Source of the DNA: Phoronis australis
Lineage: Eukaryota; Animalia; Phoronida
DNA length: 64,000 nucleotides
Reading direction: 5' to 3'
Assembly (NCBI GenBank): GCA_002633005.1
Contig: NMRA01000120.1
Location: 191,056 to 255,055 of the forward strand
The position numbers and the translations under genes were made by a program. Position 1 is the stretch's first letter. The number at the start of each line of letters is the position of its first letter. Shown here one piece after another: positions 26,408 to 39,400 of this stretch. A model generated the notes under the pieces. The model did not search any database. It saw nothing but the letters and a program-made list of their open reading frames with translations, and was not told the DNA's origin.

Positions 26408-29400
26408 TCACGTCATGTCTTCCACTTTGGTAAACACCAACTCATCTTTACTAGTACCAGACTGTTTACTGTCCGGGCCTTTATTAGTCAGGTATTCATC
26501 TAGGTTTTTGATTACTCTGACCGCATGCTTCTTACAGAATGATTCCACCTCTGAAACAAAAATTTGAACAAAGCTGACATATACAGTTCTTCTCAAAATT
26601 ATACAGACAGAACTCGGCCACACTCTGTTGAATCAATGAAAATCATAAAAATTTAAATTGCTGGTCTGAAATTTCACTGATATGATTGTAACCAACATTT
26701 AAATGTGCAACAAAAACTCACCCTTTAGAACAAATCCTGAGTCAGCAATAGTTTTGTGTTGCTGTTTCCAGATGAGATAGAGATGTAAGTACGTACCGGC
26801 ATAAAAGTCATTGAGTACATTGATTATAGCACCCTGCCTATTACACTCCCTAGAACAAAGACAAGAAACTGTGGGCATGTAGAGCAATACAAAAATATAC
26901 CAAACACTAAAAAGATCTTGTTCTATCAGAAAAGCATCACCAACAAGCTGTCTGTCTTCATCAAATCTAGCCACAGAGTATCAACTTGAGAATTACCACC
27001 AGACTCATGCCCAGTACATACATAGCCTCCTAGTGTTGATATATTTACAATTTTGTATATTCAATTTGGTGTATGGAATCTCTGAGAGACCTGGGGCCCG
27101 TTCCAAGAAAACTGATTTAGCTAAGACAAATTATAAAATTTGAGTCAATTTCAAGATGAAATTTAAGTCCAAGAAAGAGATCTTAAGTTTGACTTAAGTT
27201 TTTGACTTAAGTTTGGTCTTAGTTTTGACTGGAAGTTTCAAAGTTTGGATGTTGAGACAAATCTTAGATTGAAGTCAAAAATAAAATTAGGGTCCCTAGG
27301 CTGCAATATGTAGACATTATCCATGCACTTGCAGCAAGAAATCTTTGCTTACGGAACAAAAACAGTGAATTCTATCCCACAATTTATCAATTCTATCCCA
27401 TAGTTCAATATTCCCAACCTCATCGACCAATCAGTCTATCAGCAGACCCTCACTTTGCCAGTAAATACGCAAATACGAGTGAGGGTGTAATTTATGAAAT
27501 GTTTCTAATTCTGTCAGTGAAGTCTATCGGTTATTAATAGGCGTAAATAAATGAATGAGCATTCATTTGTTAAATGAAATAACACTGATGAGCTACACTC
27601 TAAACCACAGTATGACCATAGAATACAAGAAAGTTAATGGATCTATCTACTGTGACGATTACAAAATGTGATCAAAACAGTTGACACTCCCCATGTGTGA
27701 AATGGAATTTCCTATCACCATAGTCATATTACTAATAAATGGAGTTCAAATTTGAGAAGCAAAAACTAGGATTTTATCCCTTTAAGACACGTGACTTTAT
27801 TAATGGAAGTTAAAGTCCCAAGCAACACTATTCTGGAAGTCAAATTCAAATTTCAAGAGGGGGACTTTGCGAAGGAATGTAAACTGCAAACTGAAGTAAT
27901 CATTAGACTCTGCTAATGTGTAAAAATGCTCCGTGCTAACCTTATCTAAAAAGATGAAAAATGTTCTATTTGTGCTGTAGAAACTCACATCTCTCTAAAA
28001 AATGCACTGAAACACTGCTTTATTCTGACACAGGCCAAAAACATTACCATCAGGTAGTAAAATTACAAGCTGTCAAGTGAACATAGATTGCAATACATCT
28101 GGTTTTAGCATTTGACATGTAGAACATTCTGTAAGACAGCCCAACTCACTTGTTTAAGTTGTCCTCTCGTAGTGTTTGTATGGCAATCTTTGTCATGTTG
28201 ATGCTCATTACAGCAAAAGGGAAATTCTGTAAGAGAGTAAGTGAGGAGGGTACATCGGCAGTACCACGTTTGAGATGTGAACGTGTCTGAGCATCGAAGA
28301 CTACAGACGTAATAATTTATACTTTCATAGCCAAGGACCACTATCTTTAAAGTGTTCTTTTAAATTCATAGTTATCTTCAATTCGTGAAGACATATTCAT
28401 TATCTCCTTAAAGATTATGCTATTATTAACTTGTGTTCTGGATGCTTGTGTTCAAAAGATCACAATTTTTTCCTAAAAACGCTGAAATTTTACTAAGTTA
28501 CACAAGAGCAATGTGGAGCGTTGAAATGCACTCACGAATGCACCGTAAATGGGGTGCTTCTAGGGTTGTTTATTTGTTTCATAAAATGGCCACTACATGG
28601 CGCAAAAACGTCCAATACATCCGAAAACAGGAACATTTCATTGCTTCTTTAATAGAAAGCTATTTACCAAATTTCATAAAAATCTGTCAAGGAACTTCAG
28701 AGAAACACAAGAAAATGGAAAAAAAATGAAATTGCCACTAGGGGGCACAGTATTCGTTGGATATACCTAAAAGTCATCGTCATCTGTTGTTAGCTTCATA
28801 TAAATACACTAAGATCCTGCTATGGGCACAAAACAAAACAAAACTACCACTAGGAGGTGCCACAGTAGTCAAAGTCGTCATCGTCAACCATCCTCTTCAC
28901 ACTGAGAACATATACATCAATATTCAAAATCATCCTTAGAATGGTTTGGTTGATAGAGGATAGACTCAAAACAGCAAAAATGGCCACTAGGTGGTGCAAA
29001 ATACCTCGATTTCATCTGAAAACGGGGATAGTATCATCTTACTAATAGATTGTCTACATTCCAAATTTTATGAAAATCTGTTAAGGACCTTTGAAGATAC
29101 AGAAGTAAATGTAAAAAAATAAAATTGCCACTAGGAGGCACAATGGTAGTTAAATCCATCTGAAACTTGTGGTCGTATGTGGTGAACATCACATAAATAC
29201 TCTTGAATTTAATAAACATCCTGCAAACAGTTTAGGAGATATAGCCATGAGCATAAAAAAACAAAACTGCCACTAGGAGGTGCCACAGTAGTCGAAGTCG
29301 TCGGAAAATCATCATGAGCCGTCCTCTTCATAGTAAGAATATACATGCCAATTTTCACAATCATCCTTAAAGCAGTCTAGTTGATGGAGTTTTGGACGTC

Positions 29401-32400
29401 AAAAACAGGCTCAAAAACATTAAAAATGGTCACTAGGTGGCACAAACTACGTTGAATCTATCCGAAAACAAGAAGGTAGTGTCACCTCACTAATAGATGC
29501 CTATATGCCAATTTTTATGAAAATACATTGAGAACTCTGGTTTGAAGACACAGAGGTAAGCGTAAAAAACTACAATTGCCACTAGGGTGCACACCGGTAG
29601 TCGAATCTGGTCGAAAATTCGCTTATGCTGTCCAGTTCATGAAAGGAACACGTGCAAAATTTCATGAACATATGTCAAAGGGTTTTGGAGATAGAGCAGC
29701 GGACACCGGATGGACGGATGGAGCTGACGGCATAATGCGTCTACATATAAATATGTGGGCGCATAAAAATTGCTGTATCTCCCACAAAAGATGAAATTTT
29801 CGCATAAGATTAGCACCAGTTTCTTCATTTTTTCAAGACCACTGAACCTGCCAACTCAACTGTAAAAATAAAGACAGATCATTTTGTGAAAGGTTTGAAG
29901 TTGTCATTTTTGACATCCACTTTATGACATAAGCCACACACATACCTGCGACTGGTGAAGAGATAGCTTGTACACGTCCTTTGCCAATGACGAGGTCTTA
30001 GCACTGGTCACAAAGTAAAGTAAATGGAGCAGACCAAGGAAGCCCGATCCTCTCAGATCAGTGGCAGGATCGTTTCNGAAATGCACTCACGAATGCACCG
30101 TAAATGGGGTGCTTCTAGGGTTGTTTATTTGTTTCATAAAATGGCCACTACATGGCGCAAAAACGTCCAATACATCCGAAAACAGGAACATTTCATTGCT
30201 TCTTTAATAGAAAGCTATTTACCAAATTTCATAAAAATCTGTCAAGGAACTTCAGAGAAACACAAGAAAATGGAAAAAAAATGAAATTGCCACTAGGGGG
30301 CACAGTATTCGTTGGATATACCTAAAAGTCATCGTCATCTGTTGTTAGCTTCATATAAATACACTAAGATCCTGCTATGGGCACAAAACAAAACAAAACT
30401 ACCACTAGGAGGTGCCACAGTAGTCAAAGTCGTCATCGTCAACCATCCTCTTCACACTGAGAACATATACATCAATATTCAAAATCATCCTTAGAATGGT
30501 TTGGTTGATAGAGGATAGACTCAAAACAGCAAAAATGGCCACTAGGTGGTGCAAAATACCTCGATTTCATCTGAAAACGGGGATAGTATCATCTTACTAA
30601 TAGATTGTCTACATTCCAAATTTTATGAAAATCTGTTAAGGACCTTTGAAGATACAGAAGTAAATGTAAAAAAATAAAATTGCCACTAGGAGGCACAATG
30701 GTAGTTAAATCCATCTGAAACTTGTGGTCGTATGTGGTGAACATCACATAAATACTCTTGAATTTAATAAACATCCTGCAAACAGTTTAGGAGATATAGC
30801 CATGAGCATAAAAAAACAAAACTGCCACTAGGAGGTGCCACAGTAGTCGAAGTCGTCGGAAAATCATCATGAGCCGTCCTCTTCATAGTAAGAATATACA
30901 TGCCAATTTTCACAATCATCCTTAAAGCAGTCTAGTTGATGGAGTTTTGGACGTCAAAAACAGGCTCAAAAACATTAAAAATGGTCACTAGGTGGCACAA
31001 ACTACGTTGAATCTATCCGAAAACAAGAAGGTAGTGTCACCTCACTAATAGATGCCTATATGCCAATTTTTATGAAAATACATTGAGAACTCTGGTTTGA
31101 AGACACAGAGGTAAGCGTAAAAAACTACAATTGCCACTAGGGTGCACACCGGTAGTCGAATCTGGTCGAAAATTCGCTTATGCTGTCCAGTTCATGAAAG
31201 GAACACGTGCAAAATTTCATGAACATATGTCAAAGGGTTTTGGAGATAGAGCAGCGGACACCGGATGGACGGATGGAGCTGACGGCATAATGCGTCTACA
31301 TATAAATATGTGGGCGCATAAAAATTGCTGTATCTCCCACAAAAGATGAAATTTTCGCATAAGATTAGCACCAGTTTCTTCATTTTTTCAAGACCACTGA
31401 ACCTGCCAACTCAACTGTAAAAATAAAGACAGATCATTTTGTGAAAGGTTTGAAGTTGTCATTTTTGACATCCACTTTATGACATAAGCCACACACATAC
31501 CTGCGACTGGTGAAGAGATAGCTTGTACACGTCCTTTGCCAATGACGAGGTCTTAGCACTGGTCACAAAGTAAAGTAAATGGAGCAGGCCAAGGAAGCCC
31601 GATCCTCTCAGATCAGTGGCAGGATCGTTTCCTGGAAATACACGGTGATATCACACAACACATTTGGATCACTACTGCAAAAAAAATTAATATGCACAAG
31701 CAGGTGGCACTTAACAATCAATTCAAACTGAAAAAATGCACTGTATTCAAGCAGAAGTCACAAGTAAACTTTACTTTACAAATGCCCCCCCCCCTCCATG
31801 ACCATGGCGTGATTTCAACTCCTACTATGTTTCAACTTTGCAAAAAATCCAGCAGATAAATTTCACTTTTCAGGTCTACTTAACATAAAAAGTAGACGAA
31901 CAATAATTTTTCGATAACTTGTCAGGAATAATTGAATGCAAAAAATGGTACTTTCCTCACAAACGATGGAGTTTTTGTCTTGATTGTAAAATTTTCTGTA
32001 CTCGTTGTTCTTACTCTTTCTCATTCATAAAAGTGTCAGTTGTTTGCCAGGCTGTCCATTATGATTGAGAACCACACGACAAACAGATATGTGTTTTTAC
32101 TCAATTCAAAAGACACAAAGGTGACCCTTTCTTCATCAGTACCCACCAGTGACTATGGAATTTCTTGCTATTTTTGTTCGAATATGCCTTTCTCCTTCTG
32201 ACATATGACTGCAAGGTAAATAAACCCTTTTACACAAAATGACCAGTCCTACGAGTGCAGAAGAACCTTTTCATACAGATCACAGACCAACTTACAAGAC
32301 CCCAAGAAAACACTGGTATTCTTGTGCACGAAAAAAATCATAAAAATGCTTCTGGATAACTCTTGAATATAGAACAGCGATAAGTACACAAGAATACTAG

Positions 32401-35400
32401 CAGGCAGATGTAACTTTTTCATTTCAGTTACAAAAGCAGTCAAAACTGACTGTGTTTGCTATTAGTGACAGACTTGAACTTTGTTCTAATCAAAATCGTT
32501 ACCTTGGAAACCAATCTGGTCCCAGTGATCACCAAACCTTGGGCAATCAAACTTTGATCCTGTAAGAGCTTTGTATACAGTTTGTAACACACGCAGATGA
32601 ACTGGTTGCTGGTTGTCAAAAGGACCTGCAATTAATACGCCAATCATAGCACAATACACAGTGAGACAATTTCACGAATTGATTCCTGAATCCCCCATCT
32701 TAATAACTAAATGCAAGCAAAGTTCCCCCCGACATGTCGACTGAATTCTATCAGAATCACAGCACAAATCACAGTAAAAAGTAACAGCAAATGACTTGCA
32801 ATTCCTGTCAAGATGGCTGTGCGCATGCGTTAGGGAAGCTGGTATGATGATTCACGACAGGGAAACAGACATCTGTCTGATTACTTTTGCAAAGACTGTT
32901 CACACATTGTCACTGTCGCATGGAGAAATTAGTCGAACAAGCTGAGAAAACTTTTACGACAAGCGCATTAACAACATGTATCAAGGGTCAACACATGCAT
33001 CTGCATACTCTTAGTGTATGTTATTGCTAAAATGCAAATTACAGTGACAATAGCAACATTTTGTTTCTTAGCAAGTCTCACCTGACCATTTCTGAATACT
33101 GCTACAATCTTGCCATTATAACTTTGGTTCTTAAGCAAAACCGTTAGAGTATTAAAGGCAACAAGGTGATATAAACAGTAGTTTTCAAACACTAACTACA
33201 CAAAATCCAACAAAGATGTGTCGTACTTTGGCAAACTTGGAGAAACTATGTCTCAGTATTGTGCTTAGTTGTTAAATGTTTATTTGTGACTGGACTAAGG
33301 TAAATTGCCACGATTTCGACAAAGAGCTCACAGCAACGTCGAGATTTAATCAGAACGGGAACGAGTTCTAGTCGAAAGAAAATATCGATAAGTTGTCAAT
33401 GGCAACAAAAGCCCCGTGGGGATAACCAAAAAGTGACAATTTTGGAAACTCTAATTCATGCAAAATAACTAAAGAATGCTTGCTGTTAGCAAGAAATTCC
33501 TAGTTTTCAAACACCTTGATCATATTTCTTCCAGTCGAAAATCGAACAAAATTTTGAAACAAAAATTCACGACTAATGTTCAAATAATTTAGCACTATTT
33601 TTTCAATCAGTTACCCTCCACCATAACTTCGACAAATCCAGAAAGTTTAAGAATTACATGTTTATATGAACCTAGAAAGAGCACTTCAACATATCATCTG
33701 GCAACCCTACAGCAATAGGAGAACACCGTATGGACACAACGCACAAAACTTGCAAACCTACAGGTCAAAATACTATCTAAAGGAAATAAATATTGGAATA
33801 GTAAAATCAGAGAATCAGTTGAAATCATAAGGAATGAACCAAAATTGTACAGAGACAATATATATGAATTACCAGCTATTTACCAGCACCTCCTTGTAAG
33901 TAACAGCCACCAGGTGGTGTTAAACAACCACCAAAAACCACCCACGGGTGACCACGTGACACGAAGATTCCCACCAGTACCCCAAAGAAGGGCCCAGGAT
34001 GGGCCCGAAAGCTAGGTCCGTGAAACACAAACCGAGACTCTCTGTTAACTGCACAGACACTAGTCCACTAAGCTATTGGTGCCACCTGGTGTGTATGAAA
34101 ACTAATAATTCTAGCTTATGCGATATCAATGTGCTGATTCAGAAGAGCACAATTATGCAATGTACATTCTAGTTGACAAAAATAAAAGAATTTTCAAAAA
34201 TGTCTGACAGCATTCACCAGCTTAGCCAAACATAAGAACTCACAAGCTGCAATACAGAACATTAAGTCCCTTTCTTCATGAAGACTTCTGCTCAATTTTG
34301 GAGGACCAAAACAAAAGTGAGTGAATGCTGCAAATCCATGGCGTTCAACAGATGTGTGGATTTTGTCCTGTAACAACAAATGAACACGTCTAGTCTCAGT
34401 AAGGGAACACCAAAATCTACTCGCGACCCAAATACTAAATTTACAAAAAAATTGTATAAAGATATAAGGAATTCCAGTAAAATTTTTAGTCGGGAAACTG
34501 CCATCATTCAACTTTATGTTAAAGCAGTTTAAAAATAAACAGAATGTGATTTTTGCAGTTATTGAACAATTGCATAGAAGATGAAAAACTCCCATTTGAA
34601 AGAAACAAAGGAACAACAGAACACTTGCGGGTTTTCAAACTTAGCAGAAAAGTGAGACGAAAATTACATGTTGTAGCATAACCTCGAATACAATCTATAG
34701 CCTGGCACATGGAAAACCAGCATGGCAACTTACAAAACTCTGACAGTTGAATATCTGTTGTGTAATTTACGAGGTTAGCAACAGAATGCCATGGGAAGTG
34801 GGATAACAATCCACATTGTTTCATATCTCACAGTTACTTTCAATAAATGGGACAAAGGAGCAAGTTTATAGAGCACACGTGCCCAGAGGGCAAACAAAAC
34901 TGTCCAACCGCTACCCAATGCTCCACAGGAGCCATTTTCTTGAAGAGTCTATTGGTTTGGTTTTTGGCTTTTATCAGCCAGAAGTCAGAAATCTGACTAT
35001 GAACAGTGAAAAGTTCACTTTTTTGTCTCTTGTGTCTTTTGAAACACTTTGTCCCTTGTCTGTTTGAGCAGACTATGGATTTGTATCCTCTGAATTTCAG
35101 TTGTAGATACATTTTCTGAATTTCAGCCTTAGTCTGTTTTTGTGAAACAAGCCAAGACATGTGTAGTCTGATTTTTGGGTGAAAATCATAAAACAAAAGC
35201 CAACTCTCCAAAAAATGTTCATCCCTTCAAATGGCACTACACCAGTTCACTTGGAGGCCATACAGTTTACAGTCTTGTGCGCATGACCCTCTCGTTGTTA
35301 TTAGGTAAATAAAATCTGCCTAGTGAAATAACAGACCTTGTATTGTGATAAGTCCACTGTTTTGAAGGATTCAAAAGCTTCATCAAAGGTGACTGTGAGT

Positions 35401-38003
35401 GATCGATGAACATTCTCAGAGTGACCTGTCAAAAATCAAACAAATTGCTGAGGCTACAAAACAAGGGTTGGGCATGATGTGAAATATCAGCAACTTGGTA
35501 CCACAAAACCGTTATGGGAATCATTGAAAGTAATTTATTACACACTAAAGATGAAAGCTGTGTTACTGTGTAGACCACACTTTTCCCCATACAAATTTAC
35601 ACATATTTACAAGAGATGGCATGGTTATTTAGAACACAAACACTCCATAGCACACCAAGAATGATGGAAATAGAAATCACCTTCATCGCCATGGCTTCTT
35701 CCTGGAAGATCTAAAAAGCAGACACACACCTGTGTTAGTGACAATACAAACCACAAAACCCACTGTTAAAACACTGTAGTTCGGAACACATCATGAAACC
35801 AACAACACCAACCCAACACCAACACCAAGCCTTGACATTATTTTTTGACTATTTGTCCTTTTGGTCCGAATCCAATGGCAGATCATTTAAAAACACTTTT
35901 CAAAACCAAACTTCTGAGAATGAAACAGGATTATAAACCAGTATATCAAAGCATGCACGTGTTGCTATCACCATCTTGATCAACTCTACACAACCTGAAC
36001 AATGTTTGATAAAGTTTTAGTATGTTTTCAGGATATGTACAACTCAAATATGGATGCCAACTTAAAATCAAAAAGTTCACGTATGAAAAATATTGCTTGA
36101 GTTTGGACTTTTTTCACTGAAGCTTCTGCATTGTTCAAATCTTGAATGTGAAAATGTACAATAATCAAATGCCAATCACATTTAGACCATTTTTTCTAAA
36201 GATTGCAATCTTCTAGTGATATAAGGCAAATAAACCTCTTATTGTAATCCTTTCAGAGCTTGTAATGACCAATGACAAAACAGAGGAAAATTTTCCCGCG
36301 TGACGTATTGTTCTACACATAAATAGGGTTATGTGATAACATTCAACAGCCAGAAAGGTTTTTTTGCATGCATAAAGTAAAACAAACAATAAAAATGTGA
36401 CAAAAAGCCACAAAACTGAAAATCAATTAAAAACAAATTGAAATAAAAAAGCGAAAGTCCTCTGAAAGAGGAAACTTATGAGCCCTGTCCTATAGTGATG
36501 ATAGACCTCAGATTGTAATGGTTCAGTGCTGTAAGGCAACTCAGATTGCAATCGTCAAGTGATGTAAGGCAAACAAGCATGAGATAGCACTCCTCCAGCA
36601 AAGTTAGAACTAATAATTAGACCTCAGATTGCAATCACCTACTAGTGGTGATGTAATACCTGGTACCACAGTTTCTACAGCATCCCATTCAGCCTGAGCT
36701 GCAAGTAGATCGGCATCACCAGCACAAGGACCTGCAATGATCACCGAAAAGTCAAGACACAGCTGCACTGAGAAATGTAAAAGGGTCTCACCACAGATTG
36801 AACACGAGACAGGTGGTCAGGATAACTATACTCAAGACATTCAGCTAAAACCCAATTTGACAGGCAAGTTTCTTCTGTGCAACATCTAGGCAATTGCAAA
36901 AGGTAATACAAGACAGTGTCAAATGACTAGAAAAAAAGTCCTGACTGTCCAACATATATAGGAAAAATAAAAATGTGTAATATGTTATTCAGCTACTCAG
37001 AGACGATAATGGACATTGATTTCCTTCTGTGCTGAAACTATTCTTACCAACTGCCAAAATCTGCCACATTACAGGCAATGTCCTGTCGAGTGTACAAGTA
37101 AATGCGACAATCACGAATGTCCCTAATCATAGCTACAAATTCACTCATACAACAATTTACTTCTAGACACTGGCCATTCAACTTTGACACAACTACGCTT
37201 CCTTCCACCCATGTTTCCTCAAACTCACCATCACTAACACCTTGGTCAGTCGCAACGTGAGGACCATTACCAGGCTCATCACAACTGCCTTCATTGATGG
37301 ACTGTAGGGATAACAACAGTGAGGTGGCATTAGTTTCATTGGAGACTCAGCAATAGTCACTTACAGGGGTCCCAAATTTTGAGAACCAAATTGATGGAAC
37401 TGGTTTTCAAAATGCGGGACCCTTGAAAGAGACTCAATGTGAACTCTCTGTAACATGACAAACAAGGTATAACAGGCTTTGACATGTGAATGTTTACCCA
37501 TTTGTCAATTGTGAACAACAAACTGTTTACCAGTGAGAAAGAGGCATTCATAGAAGATGAGTTCCATGTGACCATGAGCATGCATTAATTGAAGAAGATA
37601 GGCCACCAGTCCCACGTAAATTTTGTCTTCCTCACTACATCAAATACGTGGCCTTAATTTTGTGATGGCACATTTTTGTCTCCATTTTACATTTTATTTT
37701 CTGAAGACATACTCTCTGTGACCACCTCCATTTTGCCACCTCAATGCTTTTCACGGACCCTTTCAAAATTTTTTAAAAAATCAAAAAAATATCACAGCAT
37801 ATTTTTTATTCATGGACTGGAGCGATTACCATGTTCATTTCTTTACGTGGCTCTACATAATATAATCATTTTTTATGAGGACTTCACTAAAACTCTGAAT
37901 GCATGAGAAACTGAAATGCTATCACCTTAATAAGCTGTTCACCACTCGCCTTGTTCCACCTGGGGGCAGGCAGTGTCCTCATGGCAGACTGTTGTACAGA
38001 CAT
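26408..38003 (-). CDS. ELMOD3: ELMO domain-containing protein 3 (Arf/Arl GAP)
   Basis: Exons: 37926-38003 and 37229-37301 (N-terminal, less certain), 36660-36731 ([11 protein letters not shown]), 35681-35710 (30 nt, tentative), 35337-35425, 34244-34367 ([16 protein letters not shown]), 32503-32625 (HWDQIGFQG), 31501-31631 ([18 protein letters not shown]), 28150-28226 ([10 protein letters not shown]), 26722-26849 ([16 protein letters not shown]) and 26408-26550. The WxxxGFQGxDPxTDLRG GAP motif is intact. Confidence 0.92.
28500..29765 (+). mobile_element. Helentron/DINE-like dispersed element with internal ~145 bp subrepeats (second copy 30078-31320)
   Basis: Starts acaagagc, has (ggat/ggac) microsatellite-like sequence near the 3' end, and ends in a hairpin atgcgtctacata..tatgtgggcgcat. 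Homologous to 1-515 and 51500-52345. Confidence 0.7.
28523..31631. repeat. Near-identical 1554 bp direct duplication joined by a single N (probable assembly overlap)
   Basis: 28523-30076 matches 30078-31631, with N at 30077. One visible difference is synonymous (GGT/GGC) in the ELMOD3 exon copy. Confidence 0.9.
33680..34030 (+). mobile_element. Penelope-like retroelement 3' remnant (GIY-YIG endonuclease C-terminus)
   Basis: Translates, with one frameshift, to [59 protein letters not shown], typical of Penelope GIY-YIG ends. A hammerhead-like motif follows. Confidence 0.75.
33979..34017 (+). ncRNA. Degenerate minimal hammerhead ribozyme motif
   Basis: acc-CCAAAGA-a-gggccca(gga)tgggccc-GAAA-GCTA-ggt. 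The core CUGANGA box carries two substitutions. Confidence 0.55.
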
Positions 38004-38540
38004 GATCAGTGATCACACTTTATCATATCCAATTCATATATTTAGAATTTCCTGGAATAAAAATCATGAGTATTTATGATTATGTTCACCAAGACAAAGT
38101 TGATAGACCTGTGTATGTTACAGACAAAACTGATTTATAATTTTTCAGTTTGATATTTGTGGAATACTTGTCCTGTGGGCAGGAAATGTGAGTGTGGGTA
38201 GAGAACCAGTCTAATCTACTAAATAACGCTCATTATTCAGCGATTTAAATCACACTAGTGCCCATTCACCTATGAGCAGTCTTTTTGGAAGCTATTGACT
38301 TTGCTTACTAAGGCCTCAGTCAGCAAATTCACAGCACTGCCACACTGATAATGTCGATTAATGGGCAACTGAACGAAGGACTGTTCAAAAAATGTTTAAT
38401 TGCGGGAGAATTTGTTCAAGCAGGGAAGAATTAAAGACAACAACAGACCCTTTTTTGAGTGGCTTGAGTGAGTAGAATAGAGCTAATTCCCAGCTTCTGA
38501 TTGTCCCCCAATATACTATTTATAATACTACAAGGTATGA

Positions 38541-38981
38541 CCAAGGAGTGTACGAGTATAGGAGAGTTCACTCCGCCATTTTACCATTCGCCGCAATGGT
38601 TACCGGTCGAAACACTAGCGCTCCAAGCGGTGAATAATCAATACTTACTTAGGAGCGCAGTCTGAACAATGTAAACACTGATGAATTCATACTTTAATGA
38701 CGTTCAACGTGCAATAAAATTACTGTGTGATTGAATATGGTTAGAATACGTAAACTAACATCCACTTATAATCGAATGAGAATGAAAATGTATATTTTAA
38801 TCAATATTAAAGTGTATTTGTTTTTATTCTNTCATGCAATTTATCGCACTGCAAAATGCGTCCGTCCCCATTGTTTTGGCGCTTCCTGGTTGACCGTAGC
38901 TTGTTCACCACTTGGCGGCGCTAGTAGTAGCGGTAACAGCGAACTCATAAGTGAACTCTCCTATACTACTACACTCCTTGG
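38541..38981. mobile_element. MITE with ~30 bp TIRs and a flanking tatga direct repeat
   Basis: tatga|ccaaggagtgta.gagtataggagagttcac ... gtgaactctcctatact.ctacactccttgg|tatga. Confidence 0.8.
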
Positions 38982-39109
38982 TATGACACTCAGTACTACT
39001 ACTAGCAGGAATTCCATGGGTGCCATATTAAACACAAATCTCAATAAATTTGCATAAAAAGGGTTAACAGAACCACGAGCAATTTTTCTTCGTTCTAATA
39101 GCATTTACA

Positions 39110-39400
39110 GCATCAAAACACAAAAATCTTCCCAAAAAGCTGATGCGTCGGGACCCCAGAGTGAGTAACGTGACCAAGTTCAAGGTCAAGTATGGCACAG
39201 AATTACCCGATGATCAAGTTACGGATGGATAACAGCAATTTGTGGTTCATTACAGAATGCATAATAAAATGGTCTGACAATTGCTGTTGTCTATCCTTAA
39301 CACATCCGGTAATTCCATACCATGCTAGACCTTGAACCGACTTACGTGACACACTCCGGAGTTGTGATGTATCGGTTTCTTGGAAAGACTTTTGTGTTCT
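39110..39400. repeat. ~290 bp imperfect foldback palindrome
   Basis: Nested inverted pairs: caaaaatcttcc/ggaaagactttt, gttcaaggtc/gaccttgaac, gaattacc/ggtaattc and acagcaatt/aattgctgt. Confidence 0.7.

Noticed and set aside
28523-31631. Apparent tandem duplication of the ELMOD3 catalytic exon (mutually exclusive exons?)
   Set aside because: The copies are almost identical, abut a single N, and the 29946-30076 copy lacks its acceptor. This is typical of an unmerged haplotype or contig overlap. Read depth or long reads would settle it.
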